Below, one piece after another: positions 38,389-40,000 of a stretch of DNA of 40,000 bases (the stretch's first letter is position 1; every line of letters starts with the position of its first letter). A program made the position numbers and the translations under genes. Origin of the DNA: Methylococcales bacterium (GTDB taxonomy: Bacteria; Pseudomonadota; Gammaproteobacteria; Methylococcales; G963664935); contig CAXXSE010000006.1 in the NCBI GenBank assembly GCA_963664935.2, positions 1,092,494 to 1,132,493 of the forward strand, written 5' to 3'. The notes under the pieces were generated by a model. That model made no database searches and was not told the origin of the DNA. It worked only from the letters and a program-made list of their open reading frames with translations.

Positions 38389-39324
38389 ATGCAAATAGTC
38401 CTTGCCAATCCACGCGGTTTCTGTGCGGGCGTCAACCGCGCCATTGAAATTGTCGACCGTGCCTTAAAGGCATTTGGAGCCCCCATATATGTTCGCCATG
38501 AAGTCGTACATAATCGATATGTTGTTGACGACCTGCGGCAACGTGGCGCCGTATTCGTCGAAGAGATTTCCGAGGTACCGGAAAAGGCTACAGTCATCTT
38601 TAGTGCTCATGGCGTTTCCAAAAACGTTCAAAAAGAAGCTCAAAGAAGAAATTTGAAAATATTTGACGCCACCTGCCCTTTAGTGACAAAAGTCCACATT
38701 GAAGTCGCCAGCCACGCCGCGAACGGTTGCGAAGTCATCTTAATCGGACACGCCGGACACCCTGAAGTTGAAGGAACAATGGGCCAATTTCGCAGCGAAA
38801 ATGGCAGCTCGATTTATCTCGTTGAAACAACGGATGACGTCGCCGCCCTACAGATTCGTACCCCCGATAATGTGGCTTATGTCACGCAAACCACACTTTC
38901 GGTTGATGACACCGAACGAATGATCGAGGTATTACGGGAGCGTTTTCCGAAAATTACCGGTCCGAGGAAAGACGATATTTGTTATGCGACTCAAAATCGC
39001 CAGGATTCGGTCAAAAAATTAGCGGAATCCTGCGATGTCATTCTTGTCGTCGGATCGACCAATAGCTCCAACTCCAATCGACTGCGCGAAATTGCGGTAC
39101 AGCAAGGGAAACCGGCATATTTAATAGATACTGCCGACGATATTAAGAAATCATGGTTTGATGATATAGGAACCGTTGGCATCACAGCTGGTGCTTCGGC
39201 ACCCGAAATTTTGGTTCAGAGGGTAATCGAAAAGCTTCAGGAATGGGGCGGTGGAATTCAGCAGGAAAATAAAGGAATAGATGAGGAAGTGGTTTTTATA
39301 TTGCCTAAAGCATTGCGGGGATAA
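38389..39324 (+). CDS. ispH: 4-hydroxy-3-methylbut-2-enyl diphosphate reductase
   Basis: It reads [103 protein letters not shown], with the three conserved Fe-S cysteines in context. Confidence 0.95.
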   Translation: MQIVLANPRGFCAGVNRAIEIVDRALKAFGAPIYVRHEVVHNRYVVDDLRQRGAVFVEEISEVPEKATVIFSAHGVSKNVQKEAQRRNLKIFDATCPLVTKVHIEVASHAANGCEVILIGHAGHPEVEGTMGQFRSENGSSIYLVETTDDVAALQIRTPDNVAYVTQTTLSVDDTERMIEVLRERFPKITGPRKDDICYATQNRQDSVKKLAESCDVILVVGSTNSSNSNRLREIAVQQGKPAYLIDTADDIKKSWFDDIGTVGITAGASAPEILVQRVIEKLQEWGGGIQQENKGIDEEVVFILPKALRG

Positions 39325-39423
39325 GATTAATAGCATGTAATTATTCATCACAAAGAGAAGTCACCGAAACGACCTGCAAATATAGATTCCAGGAGCTGAA
39401 TACAACCCATATGGTTTTCCATT

Positions 39424-40000
39424 AAAGCTCGTTTTCTACTAATCGCCCAGCCCGACAGCTATCGAATAGCGCCTTTCTTAAGGGCCGCCGAACGCATGGG
39501 ACTTGATGTGCTGATTGCTTCGCGCGGGGAAAATTCGCTGGTTTCCGAAGTCCATGGCGGATTGCACATCGATTTGGAGGACCTGGATGACTCTCTGGTG
39601 CACATCCTCAAAGAAGCTCGAAAATCACCGTTTGCCGGTATACTGGGAAGCGATGACAGCACCGTCGAACTCGCAGCCAGAGCCGCAAATGCGCTAGGTC
39701 TTCCACACAATCCACCTGAGGCCTCGCGGTTGTCGTGCAGGAAAGACTTGGCGCGGGCGTGCTTATCCCGTGCAGGATGCCCGGTCCCAATTCATCGCCT
39801 AATTGATTTGGAACAACCCCTAGATGTACAAATGTCCGAACTGGTGTGGCCTTGCGTTATCAAGCCGCTGAACCTTTCCGCCAGTTGTGGTGTCATTCGC
39901 GCCGATAATGCAGATCAATTTTTTGCGGCCTGCAAACGCATCAAACCTATTATTTCAACATCCAAGGGTAGTTTAGAAAAAACCCACTTACTGGCCGAAG
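39424..40000 (+). CDS. ATP-grasp domain protein, N-terminal part. It runs off the window and its start codon is unresolved.
   Basis: The open frame to the window end reads KARFLLIAQPDSYRIAPFLRAAERMGLDVLIASRGE..FAGILGSDDSTVELAARAANALGLPHNPPEA..RKDLARACLSRAGCPVP..WPCVIKPLNLSASCGVIRADN, which is a typical pre-ATP-grasp plus ATP-grasp layout. There is no in-frame ATG, GTG or TTG between the TGA at 39397 and this conserved N-terminus. Confidence 0.65.

Overview
This 40-kb window looks like chromosome from a gammaproteobacterial methylotroph or methanotroph of the Methylococcales type. That placement is inferred from gene content only.

Layout:
- **1-4.5 kb:** three decayed genes, namely a SCO1/SenC gene, an OmpR-type response regulator and a lipoprotein-type GspD secretin.
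- **4.5-14.8 kb:** an IS-dense, heavily degraded segment. It holds an IS1634-family element, a degenerate tyrosine recombinase, an apparently intact IS21 (istAB), a transposase tail, a methyltransferase remnant, and a second IS1634-like element split by a nested IS that has a clean 9-bp target duplication.
- **14.8-21.2 kb:** a SulP/STAS anion transporter placed one nucleotide after the fhcBADC operon (formyltransferase/hydrolase complex of the H4MPT pathway).
- **21.5-23.0 kb:** an IS4/IS701-like transposase.
- **23.4-29.3 kb:** the H4MPT cofactor and C1 cluster: mptG, an ATP-grasp gene, mch, a RimK-like ligase, a CitG-like gene and fae, followed by a strong terminator.
- **29.6-34.3 kb:** a divergent lipid-modification cluster: CDP-alcohol phosphatidyltransferase, patatin, a desaturase-like gene, then GT4 and a DUF374 acyltransferase.
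- **34.3-40 kb:** housekeeping genes: a parvulin PPIase, bolA-like, yciI, yciB, three uncharacterised genes, ispH and a partial ATP-grasp gene.

I found no rRNA, tRNA, CRISPR array or recognisable defence or toxin system. The most noteworthy non-standard signals are three kinds of MITE-like palindromic elements, the nested IS architecture, several reading-frame breaks that sit on homopolymer runs (possibly sequencing artefacts), the fhcC-SulP coupling, and the lipid cluster, whose parts parallel the PgsA1/PatA/PimA logic. None of these is demonstrated to be a novel system from sequence alone.
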